Virus record (IMG/VR): IMGVR_UViG_3300031576_000464
Coordinates: 4,811-68,810 of that record
Direction: 5' to 3' (one strand)
From: a virus
Lineage: Duplodnaviria > Caudoviricetes
Length of the DNA stretch: 64,000 bases
The notes below the pieces were generated by a model that searched no databases, was not told where the DNA came from, and saw only the letters and a program-made list of their open reading frames with translations. A program made the translations under genes and the position numbers. Below are positions 1 through 9,306 of the stretch, in pieces (position 1 is the stretch's first letter; each line of letters begins with the position of its first letter).

Positions 1-252
1 AAGAGGTATTAGATTCTTTATTAGAAAAGAAATATGGTAGTTCTCCACGAAGTTATATAAATAAAGATAAGAGTTTTTATGGTGGTAGCGAAAGAACCCC
101 TTATGATGACAATGATGACGGGAGTATAATATGACTAACATTGAAACAATATTAGTTCAATCCATATTTGCTGGTATTTCTTTGGTAATTACAGTTATAG
201 CTTACAAACTTACAATAGGAATACCAAGAGAAAAGTGGTGGAGGTCATATAA

Positions 253-468
253 TTGAAAGCAAGAACAGAACATATATTTATGTTAGGTGCTGTTGGTTTC
301 TATGTTCTTGATAAACTATTAACTGATATACTCAAATTGGAATCCATATATATAATAATAATATCAGTTATTGTGTTTTACTCATTTTTTGTGTGGTTTG
401 ATAGAAGATACGTATTATGCAGACGAAGTATGTTAGACAAAATAAACGGGGTGCAATTTGATTTATGA
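253..468 (+). CDS. Small membrane protein
   Basis: Two hydrophobic segments; overlaps next ORF. Confidence 0.55.
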   Translation: MKARTEHIFMLGAVGFYVLDKLLTDILKLESIYIIIISVIVFYSFFVWFDRRYVLCRRSMLDKINGVQFDL

Positions 469-662
469 TGGCGTTAACTATTATACTATTTGGTCTTTCT
501 GCTCTATGTGTAGCTGGTGGTATTAAGTGTGCCCATAACCTTAGACATGGTGATTATAAAAATACTGATACTGGTTTTTATCAGGCAATGGTTGGTGTTC
601 TTCTTACTACAGGATTTTGTTTCATTGTTATTGCACTATATATTGAGGGATTATTACAATGA
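465..662 (+). CDS. Small membrane protein
   Basis: Two hydrophobic segments; ATGA overlap with previous ORF. Confidence 0.6.
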   Translation: MMALTIILFGLSALCVAGGIKCAHNLRHGDYKNTDTGFYQAMVGVLLTTGFCFIVIALYIEGLLQ

Positions 663-674
663 TAGGTAATTAAT

Positions 675-902
675 ATGGTGGACATAATAAAGAGAATACT
701 AACTGATGATTATTCTGCGTGGGGAAGGTTTGCCCTTAGAGTATATATAATATCTATGTTTGGTATTCTTTCTTCACCTATATTTGTTTTAATATTTGAT
801 AGTCTTGAGTTATGGGCAATACAAATTATATCATTTTTTTTGTTTCTTGTATGGGGAATGTATAAACAAAACATGGAGAGTAATAAAAAACATGGATACT
901 GA
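675..902 (+). CDS. Small membrane protein
   Basis: Two hydrophobic segments. Confidence 0.55.
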   Translation: MVDIIKRILTDDYSAWGRFALRVYIISMFGILSSPIFVLIFDSLELWAIQIISFFLFLVWGMYKQNMESNKKHGY

Positions 903-1143
903 AGCTACAAATAGAGAATCATTTGCCTATTTCTTAGGATGGTCTATGGCTAAAGTAAGTGATGGAGTACATTCTGATAGAGCGTCTTTCCTTATGGGAT
1001 GGACATTCGCCAAAACATTAGGATTTACAAAAGAGGAATATATATTATATATGAAAAATATAAGACAACGTAATATTAAAGGAACTACATACATATTAGA
1101 AAACTATGATACTATAAAAAGGGGATTACAATATGACAGATAG
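892..1143 (+). CDS. Hypothetical protein (probable start ATG 892)
   Basis: In-frame ATG overlapping the end of the upstream gene; internal FxxGW repeat. Confidence 0.5.
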   Translation: MDTEATNRESFAYFLGWSMAKVSDGVHSDRASFLMGWTFAKTLGFTKEEYILYMKNIRQRNIKGTTYILENYDTIKRGLQYDR

Positions 1144-1648
1144 TAAAAAACCATCTTGGATATGCCAACAATGTACTTATCCTAACACACCAGAAACACA
1201 GGAACGCTGTAATATGTGTGGTGAAATACGCAAAGAACCAGAACTTATTAAGGAGGGTTATCCCATAAGTGATTTAAAAACACTAAAATTATTAAGTAAA
1301 ATTCATGATATAAAAACTATAATAATTTACTTTGATGGTAGTGGTGATAGTGGTAGTATTAATGATTTTCATTGTCTCCCAACATTAAAAGCAGGGTTTG
1401 TAACTTATAATGAACTAACTGATTATAAGAAGGATGAAATTGTTTCAGTTTCAGAAGATGTTGGTGGAAGAATAAAAGAAATGGGTTATTCCATATTAGA
1501 AAAATGTGGATTTGATTGGTATAATAATGAGGGAGGATATGGTGATATTAATATTAAATATGAACATGGGAAGGCTACATATTCTGTAGAGTTTATACAG
1601 CGTGTTATGCAAGAAGAAGAATCATCATTTAAAGGAGTGTTAAAGTAA
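1133..1648 (+). CDS. RanBP2/NZF-like zinc finger fused to DUF6878-like domain
   Basis: N-terminal WICQQCTYPN-x7-CNMC; C-terminal YFDGSGDSG and WYNNEGGYG motifs recognised by eye as DUF6878-like. Confidence 0.7.
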   Translation: MTDSKKPSWICQQCTYPNTPETQERCNMCGEIRKEPELIKEGYPISDLKTLKLLSKIHDIKTIIIYFDGSGDSGSINDFHCLPTLKAGFVTYNELTDYKKDEIVSVSEDVGGRIKEMGYSILEKCGFDWYNNEGGYGDINIKYEHGKATYSVEFIQRVMQEEESSFKGVLK

Positions 1649-1777
1649 TGGCGGTGGATTTGCATGACCTTTTGTTGTATTGTATAAGGAAACACTATGA
1701 AAAGAGGTGTCCCTCCCGAGATGAATGTGATTGCTTTGCTTCTTATCATGATAAGATTAAGGATATAATGAAGGGAT

Positions 1778-2002
1778 ATGAGTAGAAATACTAATCCATC
1801 CAATAGTATAGAATCAGAATATTATGAGAAGAACCGTAAATCTATTTGTAATAAATACGGAGGGAAATGGATTGCAATACTAGGTAAGAAAATAATCGCA
1901 AGTGACAAAGGAATAACACAACTCTATGAAAAAGTAACATCATTAAATCATAAAACACCTTTGATAATGTTCATACCTGAAACAGAGGTACAATTACTTT
2001 GA
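1778..2002 (+). CDS. DUF5678-like small protein
   Basis: KYGGKWIAI..KIIAS motif typical of this archaeal family. Confidence 0.55.
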   Translation: MSRNTNPSNSIESEYYEKNRKSICNKYGGKWIAILGKKIIASDKGITQLYEKVTSLNHKTPLIMFIPETEVQLL

Positions 2003-2145
2003 GCAATACCAACACAACTGAATGTAATCATGAGTGGGATTATGCTAATGAAACTACAAAGGATATTACTCAAACAAAATTCGAGTTCCATACACCATGT
2101 AAGAAATGTGGGAAAATTCAGATAAGTGAGGCTTGGTTATCTTGA
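1999..2145 (+). CDS. Micro zinc-finger protein (48 aa, TTG start; not in ORF track)
   Basis: MSNTNTTECNHEW...CKKCG; TTGA overlaps at both ends. Confidence 0.55.
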   Translation: MSNTNTTECNHEWDYANETTKDITQTKFEFHTPCKKCGKIQISEAWLS

Positions 2146-2387
2146 CAGATGCACTAGAACGTAAAGAGGTGGAATTGAAACCATACTCTCTAACAGAATT
2201 TGAACATGATTACTATAATGTAATGCAAAATCTTAGAGGTGCTTTGATTTGTTGTGACACGATACAAGAAAAAATTAGATTACGAAAAGCAGAATTTCCT
2301 TCATGGAATGATAAATTCTGTACTCTTATTACTTATCAGTCTAAAATTAGCCAGTCGTATCATGCTTTTGAGAGGAATAAAACTTGA
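2142..2387 (+). CDS. Hypothetical protein, MTDALERK N-terminus (TTG start)
   Basis: TTG overlaps upstream TGA; first 24 nt identical to the gene at 29444. Confidence 0.6.
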   Translation: MTDALERKEVELKPYSLTEFEHDYYNVMQNLRGALICCDTIQEKIRLRKAEFPSWNDKFCTLITYQSKISQSYHAFERNKT

Positions 2388-2500
2388 GCAATACATCTCA
2401 CATAGATAGTAAATATAAATATGCTCTTAAATTTGGATTAATGCTTTGTGGTATTTATACTGTAATAATAACAACTGTGGTATTAGTGATTTTAAAATGA
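2384..2500 (+). CDS. Micro membrane protein (38 aa, TTG start; not in ORF track)
   Basis: MSNTSHI... followed by a hydrophobic helix; TTGA and ATGA overlaps at its ends. Confidence 0.5.
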   Translation: MSNTSHIDSKYKYALKFGLMLCGIYTVIITTVVLVILK

Positions 2501-2655
2501 GTAAAGTTAGAATATGTAATTGTAAGGAAGAGATAAAAGACCCACGCCTTCTTATATGTACAAGATGTGGTGAGGAATTAAAGACTAAAACAGAGGAGAG
2601 AAATATAGATGATATGCCAATAATGAGTGGGACTGATATGGAGGAATTACCGTAA
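2497..2655 (+). CDS. Small zinc-ribbon protein
   Basis: CNC...CTRCG; ATG overlaps upstream TGA. Confidence 0.5.
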   Translation: MSKVRICNCKEEIKDPRLLICTRCGEELKTKTEERNIDDMPIMSGTDMEELP

Positions 2656-2849
2656 TGATTGTGTTTAGAGATAAGAGAACTTATGAAATAGCAAGTGTGT
2701 CATACTTTCTTAAAGCTTCTGCTATGTGGTGTAAGTTTGCATGGTTAAATATAAGAAGAAAAGATTATGATGAGGCTTATTATTGTTTATCACAGGCAAT
2801 AGATGTACTACTATACATAGACACAGATGAGGAGGCGGTTTATCCATAA
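2655..2849 (+). CDS. Hypothetical protein
   Basis: ORF track; abuts neighbours. Confidence 0.5.
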   Translation: MIVFRDKRTYEIASVSYFLKASAMWCKFAWLNIRRKDYDEAYYCLSQAIDVLLYIDTDEEAVYP

Positions 2850-3111
2850 TATGTATTTCTTAAAGAGTGACATGAAGATGTTTGATAAGGTATTAGCATT
2901 AAGACCAAATATTATAATAAAAACATTCTTTAACCTATTAGATAAGGGTGATTATGACACAGTAGAGTTTGATGTATATCTTCAAGTTTTTCGTCTATTA
3001 TTAGGAATGTCATCACATTATCCAAACCCATTATGTGAAACATTAAAAGAGTGTATTGAATCAGGATGGAAAAAAAGAGAATTAGTAGAATGTAAAAAAT
3101 GGAAATATTAG
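2827..3111 (+). CDS. Hypothetical protein
   Basis: ORF track; same-strand gene run. Confidence 0.5.
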   Translation: MRRRFIHNMYFLKSDMKMFDKVLALRPNIIIKTFFNLLDKGDYDTVEFDVYLQVFRLLLGMSSHYPNPLCETLKECIESGWKKRELVECKKWKY

Positions 3112-3464
3112 AGATGCACCCATATCTTCATGCCATTTCATCAGCAAGAAAGTTCGGTGGTATACCAGAAGATTACTTACATATACATAATTGGTTTGAC
3201 TATTCTAAAAGAGCTATGGCAGATTATAGACATAGAGCATTAAGACACCATGCAGAGGGTATATTTGAATGTGAAGAAAAATATGGTATTACTATTAAAA
3301 ATAGTGAAGGTAAATTGATACCAACTAGATTTATTGGTGAACAGCATGTTAAGGAAGATTTAGGGTGGATACCCAGTATGAAAGATTGGCTTATTAATAT
3401 TAAAGCAGAGAAATGGATGATTAGAACCCCAACAAAAATAGAAGGATTTGAGAATGAAAAATAA
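3099..3464 (+). CDS. DUF6915-like protein
   Basis: MHPYLHAISSARKFGG..DY..IHNWFD.SK...D.RHRALRHHAEGIF motif recognised as DUF6915. Confidence 0.75.
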   Translation: MEILEMHPYLHAISSARKFGGIPEDYLHIHNWFDYSKRAMADYRHRALRHHAEGIFECEEKYGITIKNSEGKLIPTRFIGEQHVKEDLGWIPSMKDWLINIKAEKWMIRTPTKIEGFENEK

Positions 3465-3807
3465 TGTAAGTGAACATGCAAAAAATACACATGATTGTGA
3501 TTATGAGGGAAATCCAGCAAAAAATAAAACATGTAACTATTGTGGTAAGAGTATTTATTTGAAACCAACAAAAACTTCCAAAATAGCATTTGAATCTGAA
3601 TTATTAAAATATATATCACGCCTTTCAATAAGTAGGAGTAATTATACAATAGACTATGATAGACATGAAATAATAATAGAAAAAGGATTTGTTATATATT
3701 GTTATGTTCCATTTCCTCAAGGTTTAGGATTTAAATCAATAGGGTGTAGAGGTGGTATGTTGGTTATTACTTTCAGTTATGAGTGGTTAGATGATAAAAC
3801 AGAGTAA
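3448..3807 (+). CDS. Zinc-finger (CNYCG family) protein
   Basis: HDCDYEGNPAKNKTCNYCG. Confidence 0.65.
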   Translation: MRMKNNVSEHAKNTHDCDYEGNPAKNKTCNYCGKSIYLKPTKTSKIAFESELLKYISRLSISRSNYTIDYDRHEIIIEKGFVIYCYVPFPQGLGFKSIGCRGGMLVITFSYEWLDDKTE

Positions 3808-4078
3808 TAGACCATTAACTGCGAGGGAGGACATTATGTTCACCGTGTTGAATGGTATAAAACCCATAAGTGATGAAGCATTAAAACTAGTTAAACATAG
3901 TATGTGTTTCTTCATGTCGACATTCTTCGTATGTATACATTATAAAACTGTTATATTTATAGCAGTAGGCGATGCTGATGATAAATGGAAAACTTTAAAT
4001 GAGATTAGATATTCTCCCACAAGCACAAAAATGATTAGAAGATGTAAAGAATATCTTGGGATAAATGATAATAAATGA
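3791..4078 (+). CDS. Hypothetical protein
   Basis: ORF track; overlapping gene run. Confidence 0.5.
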   Translation: MIKQSNRPLTAREDIMFTVLNGIKPISDEALKLVKHSMCFFMSTFFVCIHYKTVIFIAVGDADDKWKTLNEIRYSPTSTKMIRRCKEYLGINDNK

Positions 4079-4476
4079 CAAAATGTCCTAAATGTGATTA
4101 TAGTAATACACCACCGCATATTAAAATATGTAACTATTGTGGTATAGAGTTACCACCTGAACATGATTTGGGTGACGAACAATATATTTCAAATAATAAA
4201 TTATTAAAAGAGGAAGAGGAACAAATTAAGAATATATCTCTTATATTTAAAGCAAGGGATGGATTATCGTGTTGTGTTAAGAAACATTCAACTGATAGAC
4301 ATACAGATGGAATTATAATATATATTACTAAAAGTGAGATGGAAAATTATACTGGAGATTTATCTTGTTCTTTTAGTGAAATAAAAGAAAGATATTCATA
4401 TTATCCTTATGCTGTAAAAACTAAGGGACATGACTCAGCACCAACCATATGGATGGAACACATAAATGTGAGATGA
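4075..4476 (+). CDS. Zinc-finger (CNYCG family) protein
   Basis: CPKCDYSNTPPHIKICNYCG. Confidence 0.7.
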   Translation: MTKCPKCDYSNTPPHIKICNYCGIELPPEHDLGDEQYISNNKLLKEEEEQIKNISLIFKARDGLSCCVKKHSTDRHTDGIIIYITKSEMENYTGDLSCSFSEIKERYSYYPYAVKTKGHDSAPTIWMEHINVR

Positions 4477-4486
4477 TGGTGATATA

Positions 4487-4690
4487 ATGATAACATATTT
4501 AATGTGTTGTAAAATAATACAGGGAGATTCTAAGAATTATGTTGAAGAATATGTTGAAGGTGCTTTGGTAGGACACAGACACAGAAGATGTAGTGCAAAA
4601 TTCTATCAGAGTAAGACCGAGGGGTTTTTATCCACCGCAGACAAACCAGACGTGCCGAAGGGCGAAGGAACTAAAAATGAAATATCATAA
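4487..4690 (+). CDS. Hypothetical protein
   Basis: ORF track. Confidence 0.45.
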   Translation: MITYLMCCKIIQGDSKNYVEEYVEGALVGHRHRRCSAKFYQSKTEGFLSTADKPDVPKGEGTKNEIS

Positions 4691-4958
4691 AATAAGTAAT
4701 AAGGATATACCAATGGATTATATTAGCAATCTATTTGAAATAGTAGAGCAAGATGATAGTAGGAAAACAAGTTTGGTTAGAGTCGATAGTAGTAAGATTA
4801 ATATGGAAATAAAGCGTGGAAATATTTGTGAGGGTGAGAAGGATATAACAGGAAAGTATGTTGGTAATGGAGTTAATCCCCTAGTTGAACTAGGTAATAA
4901 TGTTAGGGGGAGATATATTATGTCATCACCACTAAAGGGAATGGGATTAAGGATATGA
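4593..4958 (+). CDS. Hypothetical protein (start probably at internal ATG, MKYHKIS)
   Basis: ORF track; ATGA overlap downstream. Confidence 0.5.
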   Translation: MQNSIRVRPRGFYPPQTNQTCRRAKELKMKYHKISNKDIPMDYISNLFEIVEQDDSRKTSLVRVDSSKINMEIKRGNICEGEKDITGKYVGNGVNPLVELGNNVRGRYIMSSPLKGMGLRI

Positions 4959-5284
4959 CACTAAATCAAAGAGAAAAGGCATTAGTTATGTCTGTATTGT
5001 TAAAAGATAGGTTGAGTTCAATGATAGATTCATCCATGAGTCAAGAAGAAAGGCAAGAACTATCAAGGTTCTTCTCTGTTATAACAGTAAAATTAGCAGA
5101 GAGATTAAACGTTGATAAAGAAACTTTGACGGAGGCAGTAGAGGATTTAATGTCATCAGGAATACCTAGATTGGCATTGGATGTATTAGATGAAATAGAC
5201 CTCGAGTTAGAGAAACAGAGAGAGCAAAAAGAGTCAATACAAAATAGTAAGTTTGAATTATATGGTGATGGTGATATAATATAA
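4955..5284 (+). CDS. Hypothetical helical protein
   Basis: ORF track; coupled starts and stops. Confidence 0.6.
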   Translation: MTLNQREKALVMSVLLKDRLSSMIDSSMSQEERQELSRFFSVITVKLAERLNVDKETLTEAVEDLMSSGIPRLALDVLDEIDLELEKQREQKESIQNSKFELYGDGDII

Positions 5285-5640
5285 TGGGTTTTTTTACTTC
5301 AAAAAAGGATGATAATAATATGGTGGTAGATATGTCAATACCGTTAGGAGATAAACCAGATGTTGATATAACTGATATAACACGGAGGGATTTAGCCATG
5401 TTATATCTTGGTATAGCATTAGAAACAAGACGAAGCATTGAGAATAAACCAGAAATAAGGAATTTCATGATTAAAATACTAAGACGTGCAGTACTAGCTT
5501 CTGTTCCAGAATATAATCCAGAACAAATAAAACAGATACAGGATAATATAAAGAAGATGTTACTTAAAGGAGTATTAATGAAAGAGTTAGATAAAGCAGC
5601 TAATAATGTAATGCGTGGGAAAAATCCATTCGATATATAG
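5284..5640 (+). CDS. Hypothetical protein
   Basis: ORF track. Confidence 0.6.
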   Translation: MGFFTSKKDDNNMVVDMSIPLGDKPDVDITDITRRDLAMLYLGIALETRRSIENKPEIRNFMIKILRRAVLASVPEYNPEQIKQIQDNIKKMLLKGVLMKELDKAANNVMRGKNPFDI

Positions 5641-5682
5641 TAAAGATATGAAACATAGTTTAGTTATGATGTATAAACAACA

Positions 5683-6702
5683 TTGTATAATATGGAGAAA
5701 ATGGTGATAGGTAAAGTAGAGAAACACACCACCACAACTAAGAGTAATGACATGAAGAGAAAAATAAAGTTATCTATAAATGAGGTAACAGGAACAATGA
5801 CAAAAATGATGAAAAAAGAAACCACAAAATATGAAACTGGTAGAATACCAACAATAGATATTAGCTTCGACCAATATAGACCAAGAAAGTTTGGTAAATA
5901 TATTGAGATAAATGGAGAGAAGGAATTAATTAAGGGTGCTATTGAAGAAGGATTACCACTACTCATTGAAGGAGATAAGGGTATAGGCAAGACAATGGCT
6001 ATAATAACCGTATGTGCAGAGATGGGATGTGGCATAGTTCCTTATGCTTGTTCTAGTGGAACAACAATGGGAGATATACTAGGGAGAACACAACTTCGTG
6101 GTGATAACTCTGTGTTTGAATTAGGTGTGTTACCAAAGTCAATAGAGGTGGCAAATCACTTCAAGCGTGGGATATTATATCTAGATGAGCTTAGTTCCTT
6201 AGAACCAGAAATACAAAAACTATTGAATCCACTAATAGATGATAGGAGAGAGATAGTGGTTAATGATAAGGTGTACTCAATAGACAAAGATGTAATGTAC
6301 ACAGTAATAGCATCACAGAATCCAATAGGATATCAGGGAACTAATCCACTCAATGAAGATTTAAGGAGTAGATTTGTGGGTGAAGCGTGGAGATACCCAC
6401 CATCAGTACAAATTGATAAGGTGATTGATTGGACAGATATAGACCCAAAGCATAGAAAACAACTATTGCAACTGGCAACAGATACTCTGTCATCAAGACA
6501 GAAGGGTGATGTGGAATATGTCATATCTATTAGAGATATTGCCCTATTTACCAGAGTTTATAGAATGTGGAAGAAAAAGAAAGATGAGAAATATCTTGAA
6601 AGGTCTATCCATAATGGCATATTAATAAAGTATGCAGAAATATCTGAGAGGGAACTAATTAAAACCCGTGCAGAGGAAACATTTGGAGTGAAGTTAGAAT
6701 GA
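5683..6702 (+). CDS. MoxR/CobS-like AAA+ ATPase
   Basis: Walker A GDKGIGKT, Walker B LYLDE, NP.GY.GT.PL...LRSRF; adjacent to vWA gene. Confidence 0.88.
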   Translation: MYNMEKMVIGKVEKHTTTTKSNDMKRKIKLSINEVTGTMTKMMKKETTKYETGRIPTIDISFDQYRPRKFGKYIEINGEKELIKGAIEEGLPLLIEGDKGIGKTMAIITVCAEMGCGIVPYACSSGTTMGDILGRTQLRGDNSVFELGVLPKSIEVANHFKRGILYLDELSSLEPEIQKLLNPLIDDRREIVVNDKVYSIDKDVMYTVIASQNPIGYQGTNPLNEDLRSRFVGEAWRYPPSVQIDKVIDWTDIDPKHRKQLLQLATDTLSSRQKGDVEYVISIRDIALFTRVYRMWKKKKDEKYLERSIHNGILIKYAEISERELIKTRAEETFGVKLE

Positions 6703-8471
6703 GTGGGGTAATAAAGAGAACGGATAAAGCAGAAGGAGAGGTATTAGACAGCGGTGAGGTATATATCCCCTCACTCCATATTTCTGAAGAAGATTTAATG
6801 GAAAGAACAAAAAACATATTTGAACAAGTTATAGGAGTTCCAATAATAATAACTGAAGATGATAAATGTAATTGGATTTCAATGGATGATAATGCCAAAT
6901 CACACATAATAAATATACAAAATCCACCAGAACCAGAAATACCAAAACAAACAGCACTACACCATGAATTAGGACATTACTTCTTTAGAAGTCCAGTACA
7001 AAAAGCATTTGAGATATTAGAAAGAATGGCAGTTTCCGATTTTACTGAAAAGGAACAGGTATTTGTTAAGGAAATATACAAAACAACTTACAATTTAATA
7101 GAGGATCAAAGAATAGAATCAATGCTTGGTGATATTTATGAAGGAACAAATAATAGATTTCTTGAAATGAGGGAAGCATTGGGATATAGAATATATAAAG
7201 ACATGAAAGATAAAGTTGATGACCCAATACATGCCCTACAAGCTTCAAGATTCTTCAATGAACACCTAGTTCCAGATAAATATAAAGAAGCATTAAGCAC
7301 TATGGAAGATGTTAAGCTAACTGGTAGAAATGGTGGTATAGTAATGACTACAAAGTATATAGAAAACGTACTGAAACCATACCTCAAGTCCATCACAATA
7401 CCAAATATAAAGGAACATAGAGGATGTAGCGGATGTAATGGAACAGGTAGAGGTTGTTCAAAATCACTATCAAAATTAAGTAATATGGGGAAAAGGTGTG
7501 AGAGAGATAATTCTAATTGTGACCATAGAGGTTTTGCAAATGTAAAACAGGAAAGTGATGAAGAAGGAGATATTGATGAAGGTATAGGTGATGATTTAGA
7601 AAGTGATGTAGATTCTCTTAAAAATCAGGGTCAAAAGGAGTTAGATAAGGCTAGAGAAGATTTAGAGAGAGTATCAAGAAGTTGGGAAAAAGAAAAATCA
7701 TTAACTTATGAAACAACTAATATAGAAAGACCGACAGGAGAATACAAAGTAAATGTTAATGTGGCACAGGATATGAATAGAATGTTTAAACGAATACAGA
7801 ATAAGACAAAACTAACTCTTGGACAGGATGGAGAATTTGTATCAATCCCACACGTTATACAAAGAAAGGCACAGGGATATGGTGATGTAATGATGAAAAC
7901 TAAGAGGGTGAGTGGTCTTACTGTTCTAGTATCTATTGATGCAAGTGGTAGCATGGATTCACCAGATATGATAGGAGAAGCACGTAATATGGCAGCTACA
8001 TTGTATAGTGCAATAAAGAACATTAAAGGAATTAATATGAATGTGATTGTTTGGGCAGGTGATGGCGGTAAAGATATTGGTATATCAGAAGCGGGAAGAA
8101 TAAAAGAATGTGCAGGTATAACGTGCGATGGTAGCTATTATCAAACACCCACACCAATGGCATTAGACTATTCAACAAGAAGATTAATGGAGATGAAGGG
8201 TAACAAAAAGGTCATGTTCTTCATAACAGATGGACAACCTGCCTGTGGAGGATATGATACAGAATACCTAACAGAGATGTCAAGAAAGGCAGTATTAAGA
8301 GCAGAAAGAATGGGAATTAAAATGATGGGTGTATTTGTTGGTAGTGATGAAGATAATATGAAAAGAATATTTAAGAGTAGATATGCCCGAGCACCTACAA
8401 TGAAGGAGGCAAACACTTTAATAACTAAGAAGTTTAAGGATATAGTGCTTAAGCAGGTGAAAAGACGTTAA
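6699..8471 (+). CDS. vWA-domain protein with N-terminal HEXXH domain (CobT-like partner)
   Basis: MIDAS DASGS, TPT, ITDGQP; HHELGH; acidic linker; CxxCxGxG motif. Confidence 0.85.
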   Translation: MSGVIKRTDKAEGEVLDSGEVYIPSLHISEEDLMERTKNIFEQVIGVPIIITEDDKCNWISMDDNAKSHIINIQNPPEPEIPKQTALHHELGHYFFRSPVQKAFEILERMAVSDFTEKEQVFVKEIYKTTYNLIEDQRIESMLGDIYEGTNNRFLEMREALGYRIYKDMKDKVDDPIHALQASRFFNEHLVPDKYKEALSTMEDVKLTGRNGGIVMTTKYIENVLKPYLKSITIPNIKEHRGCSGCNGTGRGCSKSLSKLSNMGKRCERDNSNCDHRGFANVKQESDEEGDIDEGIGDDLESDVDSLKNQGQKELDKAREDLERVSRSWEKEKSLTYETTNIERPTGEYKVNVNVAQDMNRMFKRIQNKTKLTLGQDGEFVSIPHVIQRKAQGYGDVMMKTKRVSGLTVLVSIDASGSMDSPDMIGEARNMAATLYSAIKNIKGINMNVIVWAGDGGKDIGISEAGRIKECAGITCDGSYYQTPTPMALDYSTRRLMEMKGNKKVMFFITDGQPACGGYDTEYLTEMSRKAVLRAERMGIKMMGVFVGSDEDNMKRIFKSRYARAPTMKEANTLITKKFKDIVLKQVKRR

Positions 8472-8656
8472 TGTTATATTCAATGAGTATAGAAAGGTTG
8501 GCGAGGAATATAGAAGATTTAGAAGAAGAATTATTTATCTTACCAATGCACAGATACAGAAAGAAGTGGATGGAAGCACAATCAGAAACAGAACTATTAA
8601 GAATACTACGAATGTTATTGGAGTGGAAGAATATGAATTCTAGGGTAACTATATGA
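8471..8656 (+). CDS. Hypothetical protein
   Basis: Abuts vWA stop. Confidence 0.45.
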   Translation: MLYSMSIERLARNIEDLEEELFILPMHRYRKKWMEAQSETELLRILRMLLEWKNMNSRVTI

Positions 8657-8898
8657 TGAAAAGAAGGAAGGAAGTATGGATAAAGAAGTATGGGGATTTC
8701 ATGGGGAAGGTTATGATGTTCATTGTATTTGATGGTGATAAGGGTAACACTCTTGATGGTAGAGAGGTTAATAAGATAGATGGCAGGTGGGTGTGTGAAA
8801 CATGACACTTGAAGCATTAATTCCCTTCATATCATTCTTGGCAGGATTTTTTACTAATACAATATTAAGACAAATGGTTATAAGAAGGAAAAAGAAAC

Positions 8899-9306
8899 AT
8901 GACACAACAAAATAGAATCCCATTGGAAGAATTTACAAAAAGACTTTCTATGATAGCAATAGACTGTGACATGTATCAACAAATACTAAATGATGCAAAG
9001 AAGGCAGAACTTTATAATGAATTACTAGGGAATGTAAAAACTTTTGGAATAGAAAGAATCGAATATACTAGAATGGAACAAGGAAAAGAACACACAGAAC
9101 AAGATGAAAAAAACTCCAAGATTGTAGATGAGCTTAGAAGCACCATTATTACAAAACTAAAATCAGAAATTGAGGAAGAAACAAGACACATAAATCATCC
9201 AAAGGGAATATATAGATGTGTAGAACATAACTGTGATTATAAAAAACGAACTTGTGAGTTATTAATGGAACAAATTCAATCACTACTAAAGGAGAATGAG
9301 AAATGA
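8899..9306 (+). CDS. Hypothetical protein
   Basis: ORF track; C-terminal Cys/His cluster. Confidence 0.6.
   Translation: MTQQNRIPLEEFTKRLSMIAIDCDMYQQILNDAKKAELYNELLGNVKTFGIERIEYTRMEQGKEHTEQDEKNSKIVDELRSTIITKLKSEIEEETRHINHPKGIYRCVEHNCDYKKRTCELLMEQIQSLLKENEK

Noticed and set aside
5683-8471. Cobalamin biosynthesis (cobS/cobT) auxiliary metabolic genes
   Set aside because: No cobN or other cob genes; motifs fit the generic MoxR-vWA chaperone pair.
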